64,000 nt of DNA from assembly GCA_008632985.1 (NCBI GenBank), contig QPGO01000027.1, forward strand, positions 372,001 to 436,000, given 5' to 3'. The DNA comes from Psammoneis japonica. Its lineage: Eukaryota. Below the pieces are notes generated by a model that saw only the letters and a program-made list of their open reading frames with translations, had not been told where the DNA came from and searched no databases. This document shows, one piece after another, positions 23,201-34,160 of this stretch. The translations under genes and the position numbers were made by a program. The first letter of the stretch is position 1; each line of letters begins with the position of its first letter.

Positions 23201-26200
23201 TTTTGTCAGCTTTCAAGGAGGCAGCATCAGTGCACAAGCAAATGCAGAAATCCAGCAACACCTCGCACATGTGGGGTGCTGCTCAACAGCAGGATGTGTC
23301 AGCAGTGAAGAAATGAGGATCAAGGCAACCAGGGATGACTGATCCTTTGGGAAGAGAGCAAATTGACTCATCATTGACAGCACTCTGGAGTGCATTTGCA
23401 GGGAATTTTTGGCGCTGATCATCACCCTCACAGCTTTGGAGTCCAGAGCCAACAAAGTGCAGCTCATGCAATGACTCAGATGCTGGCCAACACATCCATT
23501 GCTTGGCTGGCCATGGCACTGTTGCTGTTGTGATCTGTCTGACATGGGTTTTTGCTGCATCACTCAACCTGAAAACAGAAATTCTTCATTGGTTTGCTGC
23601 CATGTTGAGCCCTTTGGTCACACACAGCGCTGCAATTTGGATTAAAATGAGCTTTCAACTCAGCTGCACACAGTGCCAGTGATGAACACTCATCTTGCAG
23701 GTGATCATGTTGCACTTCCTGAACAAGGCTCAACTTTCTTTGTCAGAGTCAACCAACCACCCATCTTTGCACCCATGACCCAGGTCTTGCTGTTTGCTGC
23801 TGCTTGTGATTTCTCAGTGCTTGTTCTGTGACTGGAGTGTTCAGTGTGATCTCTTTTTGTGCAGCCCACTTGCACAATCATGTTGGCACTAGCTTTCCCA
23901 CATGATGCCATTTGAAAAGTGCCACTGCTGCTGCTCAGCAGCTGTCATCACAGCCCCCTCCCCCCCAAAATTTCAGGACAATTGAGAAGGAGCCTGAGCT
24001 GGCAACAACATTGAGTGATGACAGAAGAAGGCCTTGGCAATGAAGGCACTCAATGACAAGAGGCCAGCAAGAAAAGGCAAAGCACAGGGTGGACCCATTT
24101 GATGCAAAAGGGTGCTTGTCAATGGCACTCAACTCTCTGGAAGAAAGGCACCATGGCAAGATTCCAATGTGCACACTGCAGCAAATTTGTGTGACTCTCT
24201 TGTTGCAAGTGAGCACAATGCACCCTGACCCATGTTGCTGCAAAAGCTCAATGATTTTTAAACCAGCTCACACAAAGCAAAGTTTTTCCCCTTGTTTTTA
24301 AAAGCCAGAAGCCACTCTGTTGAGAGCAAACATTGTTTGCAGCAGCCACTTTGTGAAAGTTGGAAATTCAAGAAAATGAGGGTCTGCCATTGGCGCAACA
24401 TCTTGCCATGAAAAAAAAAAAAGGCTTTTTGGAGACAATGTCACAACAAAAACCAACCTCACTCCACTCATGCTCACTCTTCTAAAAAGAAAAAAAAGTC
24501 AAGAGTGGTGCACAGAGAACACCCTGGCTGGGGCAGGGAAGAGTGGTGTGCCATGCATGTCACAGGGGTTGATGTGGCCACACCAAACCAACAAAAAGAT
24601 TTCTGTTTTGGAGCTGTTTGCTGTGGCAAAAGCTTCTGTCACAATGGCAACAATGCTTTGCTTCTTGGCAAGCCACGTGGATGTTGGCCAGCATGACCTG
24701 AGTTGTTGCATCATGGGCCACACTTTGTTGGCTGGACTCCAACCTGTGAGCATGGCAGTGGGTGAGTGCCAAAGAAACAACCCCACAAACAAACTTCAGA
24801 GTGCTGTCAACACTGAGTTGATTCTTGCTGCATGAGCTTTTGCTCAACAGAGTGGCTGCAAACACTTCAAAGAATTTGGAAAAGAGCAACAGTGTGCCAT
24901 GTGAGTTGCTTCAGAAACAACCAATCTTTCACAACAAGTGGCACACCTGGTTGGGGTGCCATGCTCAATTGTGAGACAAGAGAGCTGCGTGGATTTGCTG
25001 CAGTGTGTGCTCCACATGACCCAAGATGTTGTTGCACTTGCTCAAACAATGGTTGGTTGCAAGGCACTGTTTTTCATCAGGGTGGCACCTGCTGAAGGAC
25101 AGTGGTGGTGGGCTTGGCCTTCTTCTTGAAGCAAAGGGCAAGAGCTGCAAGTTTCCAGTTGTTGAAAAGAGCCTTCTGAAGCTGTGATCCTTGCCAAGCC
25201 ATCTGTTGCTGTGCCAACATCATTTGCACTTGCATGTGCTGCACCAAATGTGTCAGCCAATTTCAATCAACACAGTTGTCTTCAGGAGTTGATGCCTGAC
25301 TGGTGGGTGCAGGGACCACACAAAAAAACCTGATGTGCACACAGACATCACTGTGGGAGCAATGGCCATGCTTGAGGAGTCAACAACTGACCCATTTCAG
25401 GCATGGTGAGTTGCAGCAGAAGCCAAAATGGAGGTTGTGCCATGCTGCACAGCAACATGTGCAGCTGCTGAAGTCACAGCAGCTGCAGCACCTCCAGTGC
25501 CACCATGGTGCTCAGCAGGCCTTTGGTTGAGTTGAAGTGGAGTTCCTGAATGTGGGTGATTTGTGCAAGTTGTTGTTGTCATTGTGCGTGTCAAACTCTG
25601 GGTTCATGTGGCAGCACAGCCCAGGTTTGTTTTGCCCTTGCTGTCAACCATGCTGCAGCAACAAGAGGCATCAGCAGCCAGCAGCTGGTGTGCTGAGTTG
25701 TTGAGCATTGACATTGAAAGACATGCACCTCTTTTGACCACATCCCAATGATGCATTTGGCTTGACATCTCCACATGGTTTTGCCATTGCTCAAAAGACA
25801 AGGGAATGCACACCATCAAGAGGTCATTTTCTGAGAAAACCAATGAAACAATGTTGGTGATCACACTGCCCAGGCAGCAATCGTTGCTTGTGCATGGTGA
25901 CAAACAATGTCCAATTGGAAAAACAGGGTTGCTGCCATTGGAACCTTGTGGTGGGAGGGGTGTGTGATGGTTGTCACCAGCCATGTTGCTTGTGTGCTTC
26001 ATTGTGCAGCTCCATGGTGGCTGAGCTTTTGGACACAATGGGGCAATCTTGGCAACAAATCAGGAAGCCATGCAGGCATGATGCAGTGCATTGTTGCATC
26101 ACTCTGCATGGCTGCCAGTGTGCACACATGCATGTGGAGTTTTTGGGCCATGTTTTGGGAGCACCCCCAATTTCACAAAAAGTGGCTGCTGTTGCAAAAA

Positions 26201-28687
26201 TTTGCTTGACAGAGCAGCTGCCAGTGGTCCACAATGCTGGCACAAATGCAAGTCTTTTTGTTGAAAAAAGAAATGGGCTCTCATGAGTCTGTGCACAATG
26301 AATGCTTTGGAGATGGTGTGGCAACAGAAGCAAGCCTCACTCTGTTCACAATCATTCTCATGGAGAGGAGAAAAAAATGATCAAGAGCACACAGGACATT
26401 CCCAGCTGGGGTGGGGAGGAGAGGCAGTGCTGCCACACATGATCCAGGGATTTGACACAGCTGCAAACCAACAAAACATTTCCAGTTTGGGGCTGTGTGT
26501 TGCTGCAAAATCTTCTGTCATGTGCGTGTGCAAGATGGCAGCACCAAATGGATGCTGGCCAGTGCCTGAATCATCACACAGGCCACACTTTGTTGGCTGA
26601 AGACTCCAAAGCCATGAGGGGATGGCACAACAATTGCCAAAGAAATGTCTGGACAAGTGCGCTCTGACAGAGCATCATCAACACCCCAAGTTGACACTCC
26701 AGCTGAGCTTGAAAAAAATGTCAATTGCCCTTGGTCACCTTGGTCCTCAGCTCTTCAATGCAGGCATCTCATGGTGGTGTGTTGAGCACTCTGGCTGCAG
26801 CAGCCAGATGTTGCTGGATTCATGGGTGCCTCCATTGTGCGCTGTCACCTCCCAAAAAGGCACTGAAGAGCTGGCAGCTGTTTGTGATGGTGTTGACTGC
26901 ACTGCTCAATTTTTGAACAAGAGAAACAATTTCATCTCACATGAGTTTAATCCCATCTGAAAATGCTGCATTTTTTTGCAGTCTCAAGAGGTGCAGTGCC
27001 AGCCAGCAGCTGGTGGACAGATGGTGTTTGTGAACTCAGGCCAAGCTGGGCTGCTCAAACATTTTCTGTTGCCAAATTTTGTTCTGGCCTCTGAGCACAC
27101 ACTTGATGGGAACAACATGGCATGGCCACTTCCTGTGTGTGTGCACATTTCAGGTCAATGTTTTTTGTCCTTTTTCCCATCTTGTCCTCCAAAAAGACAG
27201 TTTCCTGGCAAACTTTTGTGTTGCAGCACTGTGTGCTTCCAGCAACATTTCTGAAAATGCCCCTGGGACACCCCTCTTGTCCCACACAAGACAGAAGCAT
27301 GGCACAACATGTGAAATGCTCCCTTTTGGTTGTCGCTGCCCCATTGTTGCATTTTCAACCAGTGCTGGATCTTTGTGACACATCCTTCCTTTTTCCTCTT
27401 TTTTTTTCTTCTTGGGTTGTTGCAACACTGTCAGTCAAGCTCAGGCAAAAAAGCTCTTTTGTGAAACCCGCGTGGCACTTGACTGGCAGTGCTGCTGTTG
27501 ATGGTGAGCAAGGAGGGTTGGCGAAGCATCCGCACGGGGCAGCTGGCAGCTGAGGTCTGTTTGGTGCTGCGCCACATGCAAGGCCGGCAGGGACACAGGA
27601 GTGCAAACACACACTTGACAATTGCTGGACTGGTGCAAGCACAGAGACAGTTTTTTGGCAAAGTGCCTCATGAGTTTGCTGCGGGGCTGCAAGATCAAGC
27701 CCTTGCCAAATGGCGGCTGGTGTGTTTGCGGTGGAGTGTCAGATGGGAGCTGCTGCAAAAAACACCAGGGTGTCAGAAAGCTTGGCTCAACAGTGCAGAT
27801 GCAGTCAGAGACACCCACTGGCAACTTCAAGATGAGCTGCGGCAGATGGCGTGGGAGAGAGCTGGCATGTGAGCTGATGGGCTGTGGGGGAGCGGCTCTG
27901 CATGAATGTGGCTGACAGCAACACTTGCAATCTTTTTTCTGCTGCACCCACAAGAAGAGCAGAGGGCTGGAAAAATTCTGCATCATTTAAATCTTTTTGC
28001 AAGGTTGACTCAAACTGGTTGGGTGGCTTTTTCTGGAACAATGTTGTGCGCGCTGGATGACTCATGGCGATGCAAAAGTCATTTTGCGCGGCAACAAGCT
28101 GGGCACTTTTTCGCTGCTTGCCCCCTTTTTGGCGACAACTGCACACCACCTGTCACAAAGCTGTGTCAGTCAGGGGGCATGATCTCACTTGTTGCAGAGT
28201 TGCAGGGGATCCTCACATGCCTCACATTTGTTGTGCTTCACAAACTCAGACTTTTGAGCAGCCTGTGTGGCAAAAGCGAGCAAGAGGAGACAGCGGCTCT
28301 GGAGCAGATCATTCTTTGGCAGCCACAGCATGATGATGTCACTCAAAGGCCCCACCCAAATCACCTTGTTGATCTTGCAAAACTGACCCCATGTTCATGT
28401 GCATGGTGGCCGCCGCCGCCAGGTCTGGAGAGAGTCGCTCAATTGGGCCTCACAGCCTGGCGGCCTGCCGGGGCGATGGATTTTGCAGATTGTTGCACCA
28501 TGCTCTGCGCAGAACTGTGAGCACAAAATCCCACAAGGGTTTGTACTTGATTGCCAAAAATGAACTCTCCAAGCTGTGCTGTCCATTCCACTCTGGGGAG
28601 GGGCGTGGCGTGCTGGATTTGCAGTCGATCCTCGAATGCCTTGCAATTTTAGCCATCATATTTTAATTTTAGCCCGTCACTGTGCAT

Positions 28688-28759
28688 GTCGTGGTGGTCT
28701 AGGGGTATGATTCCACTTTAGGGTGGTGGAGGTCCCGGGTTCGATTCCCGGCCACGACC
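28688..28759 (+). tRNA. tRNA-Pro (anticodon AGG)
   Basis: Acceptor GTCGTGG/CCACGAC, D arm TGGTCTAGGGGTATGATT, anticodon arm CCACT-TTAGGGT-GGTGG, T arm CCGGG-TTCGATT-CCCGG, followed by a TTTT terminator. Confidence 0.97.
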
Positions 28760-29283
28760 TTTTGGGTAGTAATCGTTTTGCGACGTTGCGTTGGAGCCCT
28801 CTGACAGAACAGCTAGCAAAACGCGGGGTCGTAGACGGATGCAGATGGTAATTTTTTGGTTGCACAGTCGCAATAATCAACCACTCGTATCAATACTCTC
28901 ATCGGTAACATTATGTTACTAGCGACCTGCTCGAAACTCTTGTTTAGCCTTTGTTTCTACGGCATCTTTCGCCAGCTGTAAACAGGGAAATTCTCGCATG
29001 GGATGCGCGCGAGAACTCTCCAATTTTTAAGTCGTACTATTCGTACGGTATGCTCCATTCGATGGATGGCCGATGTGTTTTTTTCTTTTTGCGACAAGCG
29101 ACCAGTCACTGTTTTCATTTTGTGTTTTATCGCTACACACTACTAAATTTGAAAATAGTTTCACTCTATGTTTATGGCACCTGCTTTCTTTTTTATTCTC
29201 AAGCTGTGACTTGGTACAGCAATTATAAAAAAAACAAAGGTACCGTCAGTGCAGGTGCGTGCAGGTACAACGTACAACAAAAG

Positions 29284-30049
29284 ATGTCAGGTCGCGGTCG
29301 AGGTCGTGGCAGAGGCTCCAAGGGCTACGTTCCTCCCTCGGGTGCACAATTGTATCTTCAACGTTCTGCTCAAGAATGTGGTTTGGATTCGAAAAACTTG
29401 CGCGCCTTGCAGACGTGACGCGGCCTTTGCTCTGTCCAGACTTGAAATGGCATTCCAACGGATCCATCTGGCAACCAGAAAGCGAAGAGAAACCGACTCC
29501 ACCCACCACCGCGAAACGATCGTCCACAACCACGTTTTTGATTCAAAAGCAACGTGAAGTGCATCGAAGAATGCAAACAAGTGCTATTTTGTTCGAGAAT
29601 CCAATACACAGGAATCCGATGTGGTGCGGTATTCAGACACGGCTGCTCGAAAAGCAAAGCGACCACGCTCTGTGCACGACGCTGTCTTGGAACAAATGGG
29701 CCCAGCGATTGCAAATACGGATTATGTACCCTTGGAGTTGTTGGGACGGGAACAACAGAAATTAGCAATGTTGGAAGAACAAGAAAAGAAGAATCAGGAA
29801 GCGTCCGACAAGCTTGCGGCAGCTACGAGTTTGGACCATTTGGAAGCACAGGAATCGAATCCGCGAGATCCAAACGCTCCAGCAACTGCAGCCAATCCTG
29901 CTGCTGCCACTGCTGAGGATGATGCGTTGGCTAATTTGAGCGATTTAGAAAATAACGAAGAGGAAGATGACGGAGATTATGAATTGAATTATTATGAAAG
30001 TGGAGGGGAAAGTGATGGAGACGGTAACGATACTGAAGCGGTATTTTAA
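29284..30049 (+). CDS. RPC31: RNA polymerase III subunit RPC7/RPC31, with two apparent 1-bp frameshifts
   Basis: MSGRGRGRGRG N-terminus, VVRYSD, YVPLEL and acidic tail EEEDDGDYELNYYESG...EAVF. Frames join if one base is restored near 29412 and one near 29583. Confidence 0.85.
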
Positions 30050-30112
30050 ATAATGTAACGTACTTCCACATAAATTACTTTACATACTACACGGTGTCAT
30101 CTATCAAAACGT

Positions 30113-31223
30113 CTATTCCTCCTCCAACTCTACCGTTTCCACATGCAAGGTCGAAACGAGCTTGTCCACCACGTTGTTGAGAGCAACCGCAGCAGCATTC
30201 TCCGGAAAGGCATCGACAAAGCACATTCCCTTTTCACAACACTGCAAAAGGTCAGGGTCAAGCGGTAAGGAACCCCAGTACGGGACACTGTATTGTTGAG
30301 CCATGCCCTTTGGTCCGTTTCCCGACTCGGCAAAGACTTGAGCGGATACCGTCAAGTCAAGTAGCTCTGGACACTTGTTTCGAATCAACTCGAGTGTTTC
30401 TGTAGTGCATCTTCTTGATTGGTACTCAGGAAATTCAAGTCAGAGAGTTTGGTTTGATAACGTTCCATATTGGAGACGATTCCGAGAACGGGTACCTTTG
30501 TCTTTGGCAGAAATTGAGCTCCTTTCGGACATCAGCCATGCTGACTTCCTCGGGTGTTGTGACGACAATGGCTCCGCTACAGCTTCTGCTTTTTGCAAAA
30601 ACTGAATAGTACTGATATGCTCGTCGCTAGTACCGGGTGGGGTGTCGACAATGAGATAATCCAATCCCTCCGTATCGCCCGTCCAGTCTGTCTCTGTTAA
30701 AAACTGTTGAATAAGCGCATTCTTACGCGGTCCTCTCCATACCACTGCGGCATTGTCGTCTTGAAGCAGAAAACTGATCGACATGACAGCCAAGTTGGGT
30801 GTTGGATAGACAGGTGTCCATGCACCCGACCCGGACCGATGAATCGTGTGTCCTCCACCCGAAGCCCCAGCCATGCGAGGTGCCGATGGTCCGCACAAGT
30901 CGACATCGAGTAGTCCCACCGCATATCCTCGTGACGACAACGCATGACTAAGTTGTGCCGCATTGTTGACTTTCCGACTCCTCCCTTTCCAGATAGCACG
31001 AGAACCACGTGTTGAACATTGGAAAGAGAGCGCTGAAGCGCAAGCTTTTCTTCGTGAGCTCGTGCTAAGGCTTCTGGAGAACTATAGGCGCCCGACGAAC
31101 ACGCTGCCTTGTTGGGACAGCCTCACAGGCATCAGCCTTTCCAGCGGTTGGAGCTGTCGGGCCCACGCATCCTTCATTGGCATTGGCTGGTGCATCAGCG
31201 GGTTCAGCGGTAGACGAAGTCAT
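30113..31223 (-). CDS. NBP35: Cytosolic Fe-S cluster assembly factor NBP35/NUBP1, with several apparent 1-bp frameshifts
   Basis: N-terminal CVGP...GKADACE(G)CPNKAAC Fe-S motif, [48 protein letters not shown]. Frame breaks sit mostly at G/A runs. Confidence 0.92.
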
Positions 31224-31960
31224 TGTCAGCTGTCGTTTTCTTTCTTTTTTGTGACCGGGTAAAAATTAATGTGGTGTTTCGCGTGACATTTCTGTCTGAA
31301 GCACTGCCTGCCTGCCACGAATTTTGGGCATACGTAGAATTAGTACCAGGTTCTACGTGGCAGACTTGAACTACACGTAGCGCCTGGTACTGAAATTTGG
31401 CTACGTGTACCCTCTCGTAGGACACAGTATGTAGGAACGACAGCAAGACAGCGGTCATTCATCTTTTACGCGTGCATGCGCGCGTGCCGTCATTCCGTTG
31501 GTGTCACCATTTTCTATCAAGACATTCATGTACGTGACATTTAGTACACATTCTACGTGTGGCTCCCTAAAGTCTTTGTGTGTGTTTACTTGTGTACGTA
31601 GAAACTAGTACACTTTCTACGTATGCCTTTTTTGCGACGGCCGTCCAAGCCCTGCCAGACTGTCACGCGAAACACCAAATTAATTTTTACCCGGTGAGAA
31701 AACTGAAGAAGGATCTTTCGCCTGTCCTTCGTCAAGGATATCGTGTCTTACGCACGTCGCACAGACAGAAAATGATTTAAAATATGGGTTAGGCTATTGT
31801 GCTTTTCGGATCGTTTTTTCAGTTAGTTCGTTTGCGCTTTTTTTTGCGATTCTGTCTCATGATGCGATGGCGGCGAAGTGCTAACGCTTTTGAAGGAAAG
31901 GTTTTGAAGGCAAAGTTACCATAAACAGTTGAGATATCAACTTGAAATTGAATTAAAACC

Positions 31961-32389
31961 ATGAGTGATCACGACACTGTTGTTGCGCTGATTCACTCGC
32001 ATCATTTGTTGGATCACAAGCCAGACAATCTGTTGCTCAAGGGTGGCAAATACAAACTAAAAGGCGTTGCGTGCCTTGGAAGGCCAGGCGTGGCCCTCTG
32101 TGTCGGACCAATGCATTGTATTGACAATTTTCGATCATCTTTGGAACAAGCCATGCCGCAAAAAAAGTTTGGGACCGTCATTCTGGACAAGGCGGCGGAT
32201 GCGGCCGAGAAGCAACTAAAAGGTTTTGAGCCTGCCACTCTGGGTGAGCTACGAAAGATAATGGCTTCAATCGGTCATGAGGAACAGTTCTTTGTTCTCA
32301 CTGGCTTAGATCCTTCGTCAAGTAGCGCAACGGCTTCAAATGCGAGCAATGGAAAAAAAGGCGGGGGAAAGAAGAAAAAGAAGAAGTAG
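31961..32389 (+). CDS. Hypothetical protein, DUF1115/RWDD2 C-terminal-like, Lys-rich tail
   Basis: Clean ATG-TAG 142-aa ORF in normal-composition DNA; SHH...LKGVACLGRPGVALCVG pattern resembles DUF1115. Confidence 0.65.
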   Translation: MSDHDTVVALIHSHHLLDHKPDNLLLKGGKYKLKGVACLGRPGVALCVGPMHCIDNFRSSLEQAMPQKKFGTVILDKAADAAEKQLKGFEPATLGELRKIMASIGHEEQFFVLTGLDPSSSSATASNASNGKKGGGKKKKKK

Positions 32390-32752
32390 ACTAGCAACTA
32401 CCACTCAATAAAATGTGCGATGACGATATGCAGGCTGTGGGCTGTGAAAGAAATCAGCTGAAGAGAATATAGTTTGGTCTAAAATATTGTCCGGGAAGTT
32501 CTTACCCGTACAAGATCAAACGGAACCTTTTGAAAAACACTATACTGTACATATGATAAGATACGAGAAAGATGCTTTCAAAATCGCCGAAGCCCAAAGA
32601 TTTGTAGTCGATACTTTATATAGACGAGATTAATTCGTGTAATGCTTCTCGAGAGAGACCACCAGCATTTCTGTTTTACCTCAATCTCCACAACAGTGCC
32701 TACAAACAGCATGCATCTATGGCGTACAGAACAATATTTTGTAGCCATTTTC

Positions 32753-33237
32753 TTATCGCATAATGCTTTTCGGATATCGATCGAAAAGCAGCTTCTTCGT
32801 AATGACTCCCACCACCTGATATTCTACCGGCGTTTCATTTTCTTCGTGAAAAGGGGCCTGTTGTTTTCTTATTACCGCAAAGGGCTGTTTCAAGGTTTCA
32901 GTCTTGCCTCTGAGCTCGTGGCTACCGAGTATCATGATTGGGTTTCCCTGCAAAATATACGTGAGGGGAAGAGAGGTAAGTCACAACGAATTGACTTATG
33001 ATTAAATCAAGAAAATCGACACGCATCACAAGGACTCACTTCATTCGTAAATCGCACGGAACCCAACTCGACCCGATCTTTTCCGAGCAATCGAACCGAG
33101 CCGTCGTTTTCGCTCTGTTCTGTCGACGATAGATCTTTGGGCATCACGAGCTCACCATTCAATTCAATCATGGCCCATTCAGGAGGTGAGTCAGTTGCAC
33201 TGGTAGAGCTGCCCCGGATAGGAATGGTGGTTATCAT
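32753..33237 (-). CDS. CTF8: Chromosome transmission fidelity protein 8 (exons 33237-33040, 32947-32753)
   Basis: EWAMIELNGEL, ILGSHELRGK...LKQPFAV, YQVVGVITKKLLFDRYPK; GTGAGT...TTGCAG intron joins the two ORFs in frame. Confidence 0.92.
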
Positions 33238-34160
33238 TGAAGTGTAAGGTATGAGTAGGAACGGGTTCAGCGTTGCGTCGTATTGTCAGCCATTGGCCGC
33301 TCCTCCGCATCCAGCATCCGCTATGGGTACGACTAGCAAAAAATGAAATATGATATAATCATTGACATATAAAAAACATTGATATGATTTATCAATGACG
33401 CATATACAAGAATGTTGAATGACTGCATATGACTTTTTGTGTAAGATTTGTACTGTTCTACGCACTTAACGAACAAAATGCTAAGGCAATACATAGAATG
33501 ACTCTTCTTAAGTACGAATTCAAATAACGCCCGCCACGCCATTTAATCAAACATTCTAGCATATATGAAGTATTATTCAAAGACGGAGTTGACAAACGGA
33601 GTATCGACGGTTGAATGTGTAACATCTAAAAAAACATCTAAATAGTTAAAAAGTATGGACTTTTGTGAGACTTTTGTGTATGTAACACAAGTAAAACCTG
33701 CTATATGTTTTGGCAAGAACCGTTATCATTAAATAAAGGGGTACATAAAATCCAATACAAAATGTCTGACCGGTATAACAGGTACGTTTATGCTAGTCGT
33801 AGCCTCATATATCATCTCTCCATCTCTCAACAGTTCGACGGCTAAAAATGTCGAAATTTCGATTGGCGCGCCAAAACTTCTGGGAACCTATCAGTTATCG
33901 GACTGACATTATTGTTCGTAGCGCTGTGTAGACTGTGTATGAAAACTCGAGTCATTATGACGCGATGATTTTGGCGGTTGTGTAGAAGCTACGTGGGAAC
34001 TTGGTACACGGGTGGGAACCAACATTTGAATTTTGTCTCATTCCAACGTCGGAACCAGCGCAGCGATTTTGACAAATTCGGCCGATTCCCGACGTAGAGT
34101 CACGTACGGTAGGCATACCAGCGTTCCGGGAACCGGCCGTCGCGTTCCCGGGAGTGAGCG

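Larger units (their letters stand above)
3420..28650. other. TpA-depleted (and, outside the young Copia, CpG-depleted) repeat-rich domain 1
   Basis: TA dinucleotides are nearly absent and TG/CA very abundant. Contains the Copia, the mini-Copia and transposon relics; no intact host gene seen. Boundaries approximate. Confidence 0.9.

Noticed and set aside
12034..28650. Hundreds of overlapping Cys/His/Gln/Trp-rich ORFs in all six frames (also 54-64 kb)
   Set aside because: Loss of TA removes TAA/TAG stops and Tyr codons in every frame, creating spurious ORFs; no coherent domains apart from the TE relics listed.
28678..28684. CACTGTG as a Transib/RSS-like terminal inverted repeat
   Set aside because: Only a 9-bp match to CACAGTGAC near 20790, with no extended TIR or TSD found.
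29284..31223. Programmed frameshifting or true pseudogenisation of RPC31 and NBP35
   Set aside because: Breaks are single-base losses mostly at short homopolymers in one local segment of two normally essential genes; sequencing error is more parsimonious.
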